A DNA stretch of 64,000 nucleotides. It comes from Epithemia pelagica. Lineage: Eukaryota; Protista; Bacillariophyta. The notes under the pieces are model-generated. The model made no database searches, had not been told where the DNA came from, and saw nothing but the letters and a program-made list of their open reading frames with translations. The translations under genes and the position numbers were made by a program. The stretch lies in NCBI GenBank assembly GCA_946965045.2, contig OX337230.1, positions 186,001 to 250,000 of the forward strand. Direction: 5' to 3'. Positions 1 to 10,012 of this stretch are shown piece after piece (position 1 is the first letter of the stretch; each line of letters starts with the position of its first letter).

Positions 1-414
1 TTCTACACATATTTTAACTAGCGACGGAAACCATTCCAACGACGTTGTCATCATCATTTGTAAGCTCCTCACATGACTATCACAAGAAACCACCTCTTCG
101 AAGGGGGCGCGCTCGGGTTGGCCCATTGCCGCGTGCAGAGATGCCCCCATCAATCTTCCAAATTGTTTATGTGAATAAAAGGGAACCCGAAAGATTGTCC
201 TTTTCTCCAACAGATAGAGAGAATAAAAAAGATTGTAGATATTGTGCGTGTTGGAAACAAACATGCACTACACAATCATCCAGCCAAAGCAAGTTCTCTT
301 GAACTTGTTTCGATCTACCAAAGCATAGAAAATAGAAACGAGCTCTCTTGTTTTTGCTCCAACAAACAAACATTGACAACAACACCAAACGAGCAGACAC
401 AAGACAATTACACA

Positions 415-1364
415 ATGGGAAATGGTATGGTCAAGGATTTTCGTCAGTTGCCCTTGGGCCATGGCAGTTTGGATCCCCAACTGCAATGCTTGGGCAAAAA
501 CAGCAGCACGATACTGGATCGTCCCATGACCATTTTGGTACGACGCGACGAACAACGCAACTCCATCATTTACTTTGAAGAATCCACCATGACACCCTTG
601 TTGATTACAACACTCAAAAAGAGCAAGAAGACGAACAACAAGAACAAGCAGGATTCTTCTTCTTTTGGTGCGTATCAAGTCACCAAGGACGCCAAGGGTC
701 GTCCCCTCTTTTTGACCCTCTCCGCGACAAGCAGTAGTCAACACCAGCAGCAACCCGGCCGACACAAGCACCTCATTTTCCGAGCGCCGTCCGACTTGCA
801 GCAACATTCTTCGGCTGCTTCTTCCAACAGGTCCTTGTCGTCGTCATCCGCATCATCGCTCTCTCAATCGTGGACCAGCATGGAAGGCGATTCCCAACAT
901 TCCAACTCCTCAATTGGGTCCCTTCAATCGGCTTCCTCCCGATTGGCCCAATACTATCAAGTAGCGGGCGGTCTCCTGGATGCATCTAGCAGTCATGGCA
1001 GCACTTGTAGTACGTCTCGTTCGTCCCGTGACGCTGCCTCGGTGGCTTGTGCCGCCCTTTGGATGTGGAACGGACCGTGGGTTCCATGACACGAGCCTTT
1101 TGACAAGTCGTCGTCTGGACGGGCAAGGGGCCACAAGTGCGGAGCTTGTACAAGGCGGTGCAAATTCCGCAAGTGACATATGGTGCCGTGGTCTTGCAAG
1201 AATCCTCCTCCTCCGGCAACAATACTACCAATGGCAGTACTATGGTGGTGGTGGCCAAAACCATGCTCGATGAACAACGCATGCAACCCATGATTCAAGT
1301 CGCCGCGGGAACCGATTTGGCTGCCATTGTCACCGTGGCCTCGGCCGTATGGGGAGAATGGTAA
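415..1364 (+). CDS. Hypothetical protein (~283 aa), probably two exons 415-1009 and 1108-1364
   Basis: ATG at 415 in ORF 244..1089. A GTACGT donor at 1010 and an AAG acceptor ending at 1107 (98-nt intron) join it in frame to ORF 1137..1364, which ends ...PMIQVAAGTDLAAIVTVASAVWGEW. A frameshift/stop lesion near 1087-1103 is the alternative explanation. Confidence 0.45.
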
Positions 1365-1865
1365 AACTGGATGATTCTCTCCCTCTTCCTTGATCTCTCT
1401 CCTCGATTCCACCATTCTCTTTTTTTTTGCAATGCTACGTCTCTCCGGGTCTACCTTTTTTGCATTTCATTCTTCTGTTTTTCGAAACCAATGCTCCAAT
1501 CCATTGGTGCTTTTCCTATTCCTTTTTTTGCCATCCACTTGGGTACTTTTGATCCTTCACACACTTCTCTTGTTGCTACTGCCAACAAGACCCTCCCCAA
1601 TTTTCACATTCTTCAATTTTTCCTCGCAACTTTTTTAACAATTTACTATTTCTTTGTCCATGACTCCATGTTTTCTGCTCGCTCTTTACCGAGTTCTAGA
1701 TTGCCGTGCAACGTGTTGTCTGCCCAACTAGGTAGGAGTACCTAAGAGTGCTACTCCTAGTTAACCCATGCTTGGTGGGACATAGCATCGGTAGTATCGA
1801 TGAAGTCCGTGGGGGCGTAGAAGTCCGTCCGCCGCATGGCATGCAGAGGGCTATAGTATTATCTG

Positions 1866-2460
1866 TCCCCCAAGATCGAAACACTGCTCAGCTGAATAAA
1901 ACAATTGCCCTCACAAAGATTTTCACGTGAAATAAGAAGTAAGTGGACTTGAAAGGTGAAATGATAGTCGCCCCTGTCGGATGCGTACATGTCTTGCCCC
2001 ATCATCGAGCAAAGACAAGAACGTAAAATCGTTCTCATAAAACGAAACAGTCACAATATCGAAACGAACTAAACACACAACCATGTCCGGATCGACACAA
2101 ACAACGATGAGTAAGAATACCCAAAAGAAGACCACCAAGGATAACAAGACGCACGTGGACACCCGAACATGGCCACAAAAGAGTACCATTGATGGAGCTG
2201 GACATGTTGTCACAGATTCAGTGGACGCCATGAGTAACGGATTTATTCGTGCAGTCAAGGGCAAGGAAGCGGCCAAGGCAGACCGAGAACGAACCCAGGC
2301 ACTCAAACAGGGACGCAAGGAATGGCAAGCACAACAACCAAGATTCAAGGGATCGGTAGCAAAGCGTATTGCCGCCAAGAAAGAAAAAGAGGCGGCGGCA
2401 GGAGCAGCGTAATGGCACCTATGCGATATCAAAGGACCAATAGACATGGACAAATAGACA
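1866..2460 (+). repeat. Diverged tandem duplication unit A; unit B is 3246-3352 plus 10005-~10535, split by the hAT element
   Basis: CTCAGCTG...ACAATTGCCCTCACAAAGAT (~1887-1920) matches CTCAGCTG...ACAACTGCCCTCACAAAGAT (~3271-3304). GGACTTGAAAGGTGAAATGAT (~1945-1965) matches the reconstructed CGACTTCACAGGTGAAATGAT across the insertion. The ORFs are paralogous. Confidence 0.8.
2083..2412 (+). CDS. Small basic hypothetical protein, tandem copy A (109 aa)
   Basis: ATG ORF whose C-terminal 81 aa are 78/81 identical to ORF 10129..10470; conservation between the copies supports coding status. Confidence 0.6.
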   Translation: MSGSTQTTMSKNTQKKTTKDNKTHVDTRTWPQKSTIDGAGHVVTDSVDAMSNGFIRAVKGKEAAKADRERTQALKQGRKEWQAQQPRFKGSVAKRIAAKKEKEAAAGAA

Positions 2461-3344
2461 TTCTTCTACTACACACTTTAGAACTGCAATAACAACGCTG
2501 CACCTATGATGATACAATTGATTCTATGGTCTACATTTGTCATTAGGAATAATCTATGGTCGCTAGGCTGCTTTTTCCCACACAATGTTAACCCAATTAC
2601 TATTGTCCTGCAGTGAACGTTTGACGGCGGAGCTATGGCTTTTGCATAGTCACTCTATTGATCCGGACAAACCATAAACCTCTAGTAGTAGCTTCCTATA
2701 TCGTCTTTGGTGAACAGTCAAATGTTTCAAGTGTATTGGTAGGGAATAAAATGATGCATATAGGTGCCTTTTTAGGATTACTGCTATCTCTATTTTACTC
2801 CTAGGCGAATAGCTGTTTCGTTTCCACGTAATGGACTGTGAATAGTTCTTGACAATGGCTGACTTGGTCCACCCTACACCTATCCTTGCCTTTTAGCTTC
2901 GTTTCGTTGTGTCATTTTCGTGCTGGATCGTTTTGCTATCGGGTTCGGCATCCGTTGTGGCGTTGCGTCGTTCTCTTCTGCGACGAACACGACGGACGAT
3001 AAGGGGGATCGGGATCATGCTGATTTGTCTTGAAGGACGTACGTGCAAGTCTTGGTGTCTTGAGTTGATGGGGATCTAGTGTTCAAAAGATTTTTTGGAC
3101 TGGACTGGATTAGTTTTATGCGACAGCCGTATTGGATAAAGTCATGCTATGTTGCTCCTAAATCGCTTTTGTATCGTAGCCTGGTCACGATGCGTTTTTC
3201 AATAAATTGCGGGTCTCAAGTGAATTTGTAAAGGGCTTTAATAGATCCCCCAAGAGATACCCCAAGTCTTCTCAGCTGGAAATCACAACTGCCCTCACAA
3301 AGATTTGTCACAAAGATTTCTTGTCAAAACAATCTTGAGCCGAC

Positions 3345-3366
3345 TTCACAGGCAGGGTTGTGAAGT
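3345..3366 (+). repeat. Left TSD (3345-3352) and left TIR (3353-3366) of the hAT element
   Basis: TTCACAGG followed by CAGGGTTGTGAAGT; an 8-bp TSD and CAGGG terminus are typical of hAT elements. Confidence 0.95.
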
Positions 3367-3680
3367 AACTATATATGACATAGTGAATGGACTTAGCTAC
3401 TTTCAAGTACTATTTAAATTTATAGACGACTTTACTTAGTGATTAGCAAGTCACTGTAACAATTCCAGTGAATTTACTTAATGACTATTAAGTCTACTAC
3501 CCATTGCTATAGAATTTACTTAGAATTAATTCGTCAAGTCAATTCCCCCTGTCTCCCTCATGCGACTTAATAACATTACAGGCATGATGGAATTTGACTT
3601 TGACTTTAATGCCAAATTCTTCATAATTCCCTGTTAATTCTCTGACTTAAACCGTTTAAGTCAAAGTGACTTAAGTCACA
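3367..3680. repeat. Left subterminal array of GACTT/AAGTC motifs (putative transposase binding sites)
   Basis: About a dozen GACTT/AAGTC copies, e.g. TTTGACTTTGACTTT (~3594-3608) and AAGTCAAAGTGACTTAAGTCAC (~3658-3679). Confidence 0.7.
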
Positions 3681-3705
3681 TAATGCAAGACACAACTGTG
3701 CACTA

Positions 3706-5595
3706 ATGGTTAAGGAATCGCTGTGCTTCTGCACTCTGCACTCTGTACTGTGTCTGCGCCAACTCTTCTGCACTCTGCACCTCTGCACCTCTGCACCTCT
3801 GCACCTGTGCAAATTTGCAATGTACAGAATGGCTTGTGTAAGCACGAACAAGAACAACATTGTATTCGAATCTCGATGTCGAGTTCGATACATAATTCAC
3901 TGTCCCTATACTCTAATCAGATTCCTAGAAGAGGAACTTGAAGGGCATCCTTCATCTGTATCTGAACCCGAGGAAATGGTTGACGAAGACAACGTCTTAG
4001 TGGATGCTATTTCCGATATACTTCTAAGATGGCTAATGCGTTCGAACAAGACAATTACAATCAAGCAAGTGAATACTTTCATGTCCAGGACACACATCTG
4101 CCAAGTCAACAGCATCCCTTCCAACGAGGTCATAAAACAATTTTCCCTCGGTATTCTCGAAGCCACAGCTTCAGACAGTTCTCCATATACCATCAACTAT
4201 GAAGTCCCAGAAGGAGCCAATCCATACATGGAGATATTTTGTTTGCCTACATTCCACCGACAAGACTGTTCGACCTTCCTTACCACACTCTGTGCCGAAT
4301 ATACCCTGGACCAAAGAGATACTTGCTCAATCTCACCACTCACCCACATAATGTCTTGGATGATTCGATCCGACACGCGATTCGTTGTGCAAACTCCAAT
4401 CACGGTTGGCCAGGAAGGTCCCCTATTCAGATTTGTTCCCGATACCATTTTCCCTTTCCTCGATTTGTTCGAAAAGGAAGTTCTGTCCATAATCCAAGAA
4501 CATGACAATCAAATCACTTCCCCTGGTGGGTCTCCGACCACCAAACCAAATAATTCATCCTCTCCATCCTCTTCCACAGGCAAAACCACAACGAATACAT
4601 CCTTGTTCCACCCATACTCTACCCGGAAACGAACGAAACTAATTTCACAACTGATTCAATCCGCCTCCCGATCCAAAATAAAAATTCAATACAACAAACT
4701 AGGTTATGATTCGACGGAGAAGCGCCACATGCCTGGTGAACCACCGAAACTACTACCCCTCCGAAATGTATATCTGGCTCCTATTCCACCATTGGCTCCA
4801 CAAATAAAGGAAAAACAACTCAATCTTCTTTCCGGTCTTCTTGATTTTCGGCAACACCTTCTCGATAAGAACATCATTTCCCCACGAGACAATTGGGAAC
4901 GATGGATGGACGATTATATCCACAACCAATCGAACTCTGACGACATATCCCAACAACCAGACCGAGCTTTCATGTGCCTGATCATCATCATCATGAGTTC
5001 GAGTACGTCAGATGCACAACTCAGCAAAATTATCCCACGCCTTTTCTCCATTGGCCTCACATCTGCAACGGCTTGTTATGACATCGCATCCCGTTATGGC
5101 ATGAATGCATTCTGTTCCATAATTTCTGATGCTGGTCGCTACTACAACAATGCCGAAAGAATAGTCAACTCAGCTGACTATTTCATACAGCGCCACGATG
5201 GGATCATTCCGTCCAATATTTGCGCTCGCCAATTTGAACAGCTGATTGGGATTGGCCACAAAACTGTCATGATTGTTCTATCTTCGGCGTTTTCCCGAGA
5301 TGAAGGAATACCCTGTGATATTCATGTTTTCCGATGGTGTTTTCATTTGGAATGGACCCATGGCTACAAAATGGAGAGCGACTCTTTAAGATGTTCGCAC
5401 CTTCTCACATCATGGATTCCACGAAACATATGGAAACAGATCAATCCCCTCTTTGGTTCCTTGGGCCAGCTCCTTCAATCCAATGAGACCCGACCCACTG
5501 TTTTATCAGCACTCGATTCCTATAACGACACACATTCCGGTAATAATTTGAAGACACTGATTCCTATGATGGCGAACATTTATCAAAGATCTTAG
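3706..5595 (+). CDS. Transposon cargo protein with C-terminal endonuclease III (Nth)-like HhH-GPD DNA glycosylase domain
   Basis: 629-aa ORF; the true start may be ATG 3820. The region ~4969-5475 contains IMSSSTSDAQL (cf. Nth LLSAQATD), the HhH motif QLIGIGHKTV (cf. LPGVGRKTA), GIPCDIHVFR (cf. IAVDTHIFR) and WKQINPLFGSLGQLL. No C-terminal 4-Cys Fe-S motif follows. Confidence 0.85.
   Translation: MVKESLCFCTLHSVLCLRQLFCTLHLCTSAPLHLCKFAMYRMACVSTNKNNIVFESRCRVRYIIHCPYTLIRFLEEELEGHPSSVSEPEEMVDEDNVLVDAISDILLRWLMRSNKTITIKQVNTFMSRTHICQVNSIPSNEVIKQFSLGILEATASDSSPYTINYEVPEGANPYMEIFCLPTFHRQDCSTFLTTLCAEYTLDQRDTCSISPLTHIMSWMIRSDTRFVVQTPITVGQEGPLFRFVPDTIFPFLDLFEKEVLSIIQEHDNQITSPGGSPTTKPNNSSSPSSSTGKTTTNTSLFHPYSTRKRTKLISQLIQSASRSKIKIQYNKLGYDSTEKRHMPGEPPKLLPLRNVYLAPIPPLAPQIKEKQLNLLSGLLDFRQHLLDKNIISPRDNWERWMDDYIHNQSNSDDISQQPDRAFMCLIIIIMSSSTSDAQLSKIIPRLFSIGLTSATACYDIASRYGMNAFCSIISDAGRYYNNAERIVNSADYFIQRHDGIIPSNICARQFEQLIGIGHKTVMIVLSSAFSRDEGIPCDIHVFRWCFHLEWTHGYKMESDSLRCSHLLTSWIPRNIWKQINPLFGSLGQLLQSNETRPTVLSALDSYNDTHSGNNLKTLIPMMANIYQRS
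3728..3804 (+). repeat. Tandem TCTGCAC/CTCTGCAC repeats
   Basis: Seven perfect TCTGCAC copies at 3728, 3735, 3767, 3774, 3782, 3790 and 3798, plus variants. Confidence 0.9.
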
Positions 5596-5672
5596 TAAAA
5601 CTTAACGGTTAATCATGCAAACATGCAACTTCATTGCCTCATCGTTAGTGAATCATAAATGGAATAAGTGTA

Positions 5673-8600
5673 TCACGGCGGTGATTTAAGTGTGGTGTTG
5701 GAGCGGGTACGTTTGCTCGATGGACTATGGGTTTTCTTGCTACTCGTATCCTTCCTTTTCCCATATTGTTTCTTGCTCGTGCTTGCATTTTGTTTTTCAC
5801 TTGCTTCAGGTGTTGAGAAATCAGCGGCAACAGCCAGAGGAGTCGTGATGACGGGAGCATCCTTGGAAGTTCCCTCCATGGGTAAGTTGGCGTCGTCCTT
5901 CAACAGACCAACAGCCGTAGGACTGATCGCAATGCCGGTAGATTCTACCTTTACTTCTTCCATTTGTTCCTTCAAGGCTTTCAACAATCCACAATCATCG
6001 TCATCTCCATCGTCTCCCTCATCCTGGTCTTTGTCTTCCTCGTCGATAGGAATTTGAACGACCACAATGTCGTCTGCTTCTTCTGGAGGAGCAAGATCAT
6101 CATCATTGTCTGTATCAGCGTAGAACTTCATCAATGTTGTTGTTTCTTCGGCTGTCGTGCTGTTGCCGGCTACTTCTGGATCGACCGGAACAGGTCTTGT
6201 CGTTGTCGTACTCTCCGCCACTGAGACCGAATCTTGCTTCTTCTTACCGAACTCTTGTAGTTCCATAGCGGCTTTCTGAATGGCCATTGCCATTCGTAAC
6301 TGTCGACCTTGCATCTGCCGCCCATGTTGGTCCAGGTCCACTGGTGTCGTCTTATTCTTCTCTTGAAACGGCAATTTCCCATCTGGTTCCGTGCTGGATA
6401 GCTGGTCTGTGGCCCCAGTGCTAATGTCTTGTGCTGGTGTAGTTTCCGCTGTTATATTGATCGGTTCACTTGATGTTCCGCTTCCTGTTCCACTACTTGT
6501 TCTTTGTCGCGACGGTGTTTCGGTAGTGCTTTTAGAAGCCACTGGTTGACTGGCTACTGCAACTGCAACACTTGCAGTGGCTTGGACTTGGCTGCTTGTG
6601 CCGTCTCCTTTTGTGCCACTCTCGTCTATCGCAGTCATGTCGATCACTTCCTTTTTCTCTGTTTCTTCTTTCTCTATTTCGGCTTCTCTCTGAAGAATCA
6701 ATTTGCGCAACGGCCTTGTCAACTTTTCCAAAGTTCGCATCTCGTTGTGTTTCTCATACATATTGCCCATTAATTTGTTCTGGTGATACCAAGTGCTTGC
6801 AGAGAACACTCGTTCTTGAAAGGCATTAGTCGGAGGTTTGGTAAGCCAAATGAGAGCTGAAGGGAGCATGAAAGGATATTCCGAACCATGAACCTTCCAC
6901 CATTTCATGACGTCGAAATATCGTGCTATGCCAAGGTAGTAGTTGTCACGGCAGTGTTCATTGAACTCGTCCCATTCCAAACGCCCCCATTTCTGAGATT
7001 CCGCCTTGAATTCATCTGTCGAATACTTCTTGATCACCACCTCCCATCTATGATCAATCATGAGGTCACACATTTTCTTGAAATCGGTCCAACATTCTTT
7101 GCATGCCTCGCGGAGGTCCGCAACAAGTTTTGCCTCTGCGCCAGCGTTACTGGCCTTGCCAGACAGTCCAAGCAAGTCCTGTTGTTTTTTCTCTCGTGCT
7201 TCTCTGATCTTGGCAAAGGCACTTGCCACCTTCGATTTTTTCTTAGGTTTCGCACTCGAGCTCGTAGTAGGTGTGGAGTCTGTTGTTCCCCCACTGTTGC
7301 CAGTCTGTTTTGCAAACACTGTACCAAGGCGCGAGACTCGTTTGTTCGAGAACTTGGCAACCATATCCTCCACAAACATCGTCTTAACACGGGAGATATC
7401 GTCGTCGTCATAGGCATCCAAATCTTTGAAGAGTCCTTCAAAAATATTGGCCAGGAGTGGGTTGCAGCACATGGCTTTCTCTGCATCTTCGTCTTTTTCT
7501 TCGAGAACGTACGTCTTGTACTCTTTGATAATCCGACGGATGAGTTTCCGACTAGTCGAATGCAAGTCCTCAAAGGCAATTGGGTCGCGTTGTTCGTCCA
7601 GGTCATCCATGTTCTTTGTGGCATCCCACTTCTTGATTGGGTTGTCCAAATTTTCTTTCATGGGCAAGCATTCGATGTCCTCAATTTCCATCAACTTGGC
7701 AACATGACGTGCACTGTACAACTCCAATAAGGACGCAGATGAAGAACCGGGAGCATCGACTTGGAGCGATAGAGACACTGCCTTTAGAGGGGATAGAATG
7801 GCTTCAAATTGGGAAAGAACTTCCCATACATCCGGATTGGGATAGCGGCGTTTGAAGCCTAGGTCTCCATTTATAGTACTGGCAGCGTATTCATCCATAA
7901 TCCATTTGTTGCGAAGGAGGCCAATGATGAGTAGGATGCATCCAGATACCCTTGTTTCATTGGGGAGTGGAATCATGATGACCACAGCTCCCATTTTGTT
8001 CGCGAAATCTTTGAAATTCTCCCATCGTTGTGGTGCTCGACTGCTCATGAGCCATGCAGCAAACTTCTTTGCAATACCATAGGCTTCAACAAATTCTGGA
8101 TTGGCGTCGATGATAATCTTGTTTCTGCTTCGTTGTACCAAGCCGGTGGCATGTTTGAGAATCAGTTCAGCCTTGTGCATGTCACACTTGCCTTTACTGC
8201 CACTGCCACTCCCATGACGTCGAATGCCGAGAATGTACTTGCCTGCGAGCACGGCTGATGCCGTGTTGTCGTTTACAGAGGCGCATAAGTCGCTCTGAGA
8301 AAATCCGACTTGATTTAGTAGAGCATGTGTCAACTTGGCGACATCGGCAGCCGAGTGACCTTGTATTTCAGCCAGGCCAATGGGAATTCTATAAACTTCA
8401 CAGTTTCTGGGATCTGTGAACATTATAGTGACACCCAGAATGTCGCCCCTGGGGCCGTTCCATATGTCGTGGCATAAGGTCCCAAAAGGTACGTTCTGCT
8501 TGCATAGCTTGTGATAAGCATTGCGAACCTTATTGCCAAGTTCTGACACGACGAAGAGGAACTCTTCATAAGAATTCAAGCGCATTTTGGTGATCTCCCT

Positions 8601-9371
8601 TCGACTCATATTTTCAGCCTTGGAATCTTTGAGCTGGAGGCCATGGGAGGTTGCGAATTGAAGTAGTGACCGAAATTCTGGCTTCTCTACTGTCGATGCT
8701 GGTAGGCAGCAATCATTCACGAACTCATATATGAGTCGTCGGAATTCCTTGCGAATACCTGATCGTGTTACGATTTGATTTGTTGCATATTCGCCAAGAG
8801 TAGCCTGTGTGTCCGGTTTCTCGTCGTCAAACGTCAAATCTTGGTGACATCCAGTTCGGTGCTGGGAGATATTGGAAGTTTTTCCAGAGCAACCGATGAT
8901 GGATTTGGCCAAGGTTGTATCCGGATCGTGGAAGCAAACAGGGCATATGATGCAGAACCGACAGACATCTTGGTACTTGGCTAGCTTCTTCGATACAACC
9001 GGTTTCTTCCTGCCTTGTTGAGAAGGTTTTTTCTTCGGCCATAATTTCTTGATTACAACATGTTCGTAGGATTCGAATAAGCTGGTGACTCCCTCGTACA
9101 TTGAGAAGTCTCGTTTCTCGTCAATGGATTCTTCGTGAAACTTGTCGAACTTTTCCCAATCGATGTGGATCCCCCATTTCCATAGAGGAGTAGGATTCTG
9201 AGTGAAAAATTCGGGAAGTGGGGAGGAAAGAATGGGAATGAGCTCCTTCTCCTGTTTGTATAGAGATTGGCGAGCCTTGATCTTGTTCGCCGTTGCAGTA
9301 TCCAATGGTGGATCATCAGTCGAGCTTTTCTTGCTCGATGTTCGGCTCAACGACTTCCTCTTTGGAGCCAT
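5673..9371 (-). CDS. hAT transposase (1232 aa)
   Basis: ATG 9371 (MAPKRKS; the track start at 9500 is TTG). BED-like CIICPVC...QHRTGCH; catalytic D in HDIW (8466-8468) and D in NDNT (8268-8270); CxxH motif CDMH; E in QERVFS (6813-6815); dimerisation-domain-like DVMKWWKVHGSEYP. Confidence 0.93.
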   Translation of the reverse strand: MAPKRKSLSRTSSKKSSTDDPPLDTATANKIKARQSLYKQEKELIPILSSPLPEFFTQNPTPLWKWGIHIDWEKFDKFHEESIDEKRDFSMYEGVTSLFESYEHVVIKKLWPKKKPSQQGRKKPVVSKKLAKYQDVCRFCIICPVCFHDPDTTLAKSIIGCSGKTSNISQHRTGCHQDLTFDDEKPDTQATLGEYATNQIVTRSGIRKEFRRLIYEFVNDCCLPASTVEKPEFRSLLQFATSHGLQLKDSKAENMSRREITKMRLNSYEEFLFVVSELGNKVRNAYHKLCKQNVPFGTLCHDIWNGPRGDILGVTIMFTDPRNCEVYRIPIGLAEIQGHSAADVAKLTHALLNQVGFSQSDLCASVNDNTASAVLAGKYILGIRRHGSGSGSKGKCDMHKAELILKHATGLVQRSRNKIIIDANPEFVEAYGIAKKFAAWLMSSRAPQRWENFKDFANKMGAVVIMIPLPNETRVSGCILLIIGLLRNKWIMDEYAASTINGDLGFKRRYPNPDVWEVLSQFEAILSPLKAVSLSLQVDAPGSSSASLLELYSARHVAKLMEIEDIECLPMKENLDNPIKKWDATKNMDDLDEQRDPIAFEDLHSTSRKLIRRIIKEYKTYVLEEKDEDAEKAMCCNPLLANIFEGLFKDLDAYDDDDISRVKTMFVEDMVAKFSNKRVSRLGTVFAKQTGNSGGTTDSTPTTSSSAKPKKKSKVASAFAKIREAREKKQQDLLGLSGKASNAGAEAKLVADLREACKECWTDFKKMCDLMIDHRWEVVIKKYSTDEFKAESQKWGRLEWDEFNEHCRDNYYLGIARYFDVMKWWKVHGSEYPFMLPSALIWLTKPPTNAFQERVFSASTWYHQNKLMGNMYEKHNEMRTLEKLTRPLRKLILQREAEIEKEETEKKEVIDMTAIDESGTKGDGTSSQVQATASVAVAVASQPVASKSTTETPSRQRTSSGTGSGTSSEPINITAETTPAQDISTGATDQLSSTEPDGKLPFQEKNKTTPVDLDQHGRQMQGRQLRMAMAIQKAAMELQEFGKKKQDSVSVAESTTTTRPVPVDPEVAGNSTTAEETTTLMKFYADTDNDDDLAPPEEADDIVVVQIPIDEEDKDQDEGDDGDDDDCGLLKALKEQMEEVKVESTGIAISPTAVGLLKDDANLPMEGTSKDAPVITTPLAVAADFSTPEASEKQNASTSKKQYGKRKDTSSKKTHSPSSKRTRSNTTLKSPP

Positions 9372-9636
9372 GGTTGGGCGCAAGAGGTGCAGGGTGCAAA
9401 GTGACAAAGGGGGGACGGTGGTGAAAGGATGCTGGCTGCTTGTCGTTCTAACTGTGAGGAGTGAGAAGTGACGACACGACGAAACAAGGCCAAGAGTCAA
9501 GGGTCATTCTGATAGGTGTTGGGGAAGAAGGTATGTGTAGGTCATCAGTTGATTGTTGTTTGTTTTGTCAGTTTCGAGGTGCTTTGTATGAAGAATACAC
9601 GGTACACGGTGATTATCGGTGTGTCTGTACTTTAGG

Positions 9637-9990
9637 AGAATGGAATAACTGACTTAGGGAGTTTTGGTAGAATGGAATAACTGACTTAGGGAGTTTGGGT
9701 AAATGACTTACTATAATGACTTCAAGTAGGGAACTTTGGGCCTAATGGAAGAAGACTTGGGAATGACAAGTCGTCTGGTCATAGTGAATGGGATTGACTT
9801 GGGGAATGAAAGTCATGTAAATAACGAAGGAGACTTGACTTGAACAGAGTAAGTACTCGTGGTATAGAGTATAGAATTGAATAAGGAATTGTCATTCCGT
9901 ATTCTACGGCATGACGAATGGAATGGGACTTGCAAAAAAGTGGCAAAATCAAGTCAAATTCGGTGTTGACTTTGGAATTAGTGACTTATG
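9637..9990. repeat. Right subterminal GACTT array, including a 28-bp direct repeat
   Basis: AGAATGGAATAACTGACTTAGGGAGTTT at 9637-9664 and 9669-9696; about 14 GACTT/AAGTC copies. Confidence 0.75.
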
Positions 9991-10012
9991 ACTTCACAAC
10001 CCTGTTCACAGG
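9991..10012 (+). repeat. Right TIR (9991-10004) and right TSD (10005-10012) of the hAT element
   Basis: ACTTCACAACCCTG followed by TTCACAGG. Confidence 0.95.

Larger units (their letters stand above)
3353..10004 (-). mobile_element. Complete autonomous hAT-superfamily DNA transposon (6652 bp) with a cargo gene
   Basis: Perfect 14-bp TIRs CAGGGTTGTGAAGT (3353-3366) and ACTTCACAACCCTG (9991-10004); identical 8-bp flanks TTCACAGG (3345-3352, 10005-10012); GACTT-rich subterminal regions; internal hAT transposase ORF. Confidence 0.96.

Noticed and set aside
1010-1107. Apparent frameshift/stop in the first gene
   Set aside because: Explained by a plausible 98-nt GTACGT..AAG intron, so not reported as a pseudogene; unresolved without RNA data.
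3728-3804. TCTGCAC and other short periodic arrays as possible CRISPR-like repeats
   Set aside because: 7-8-bp tandem units without unique spacers, in a eukaryotic context.
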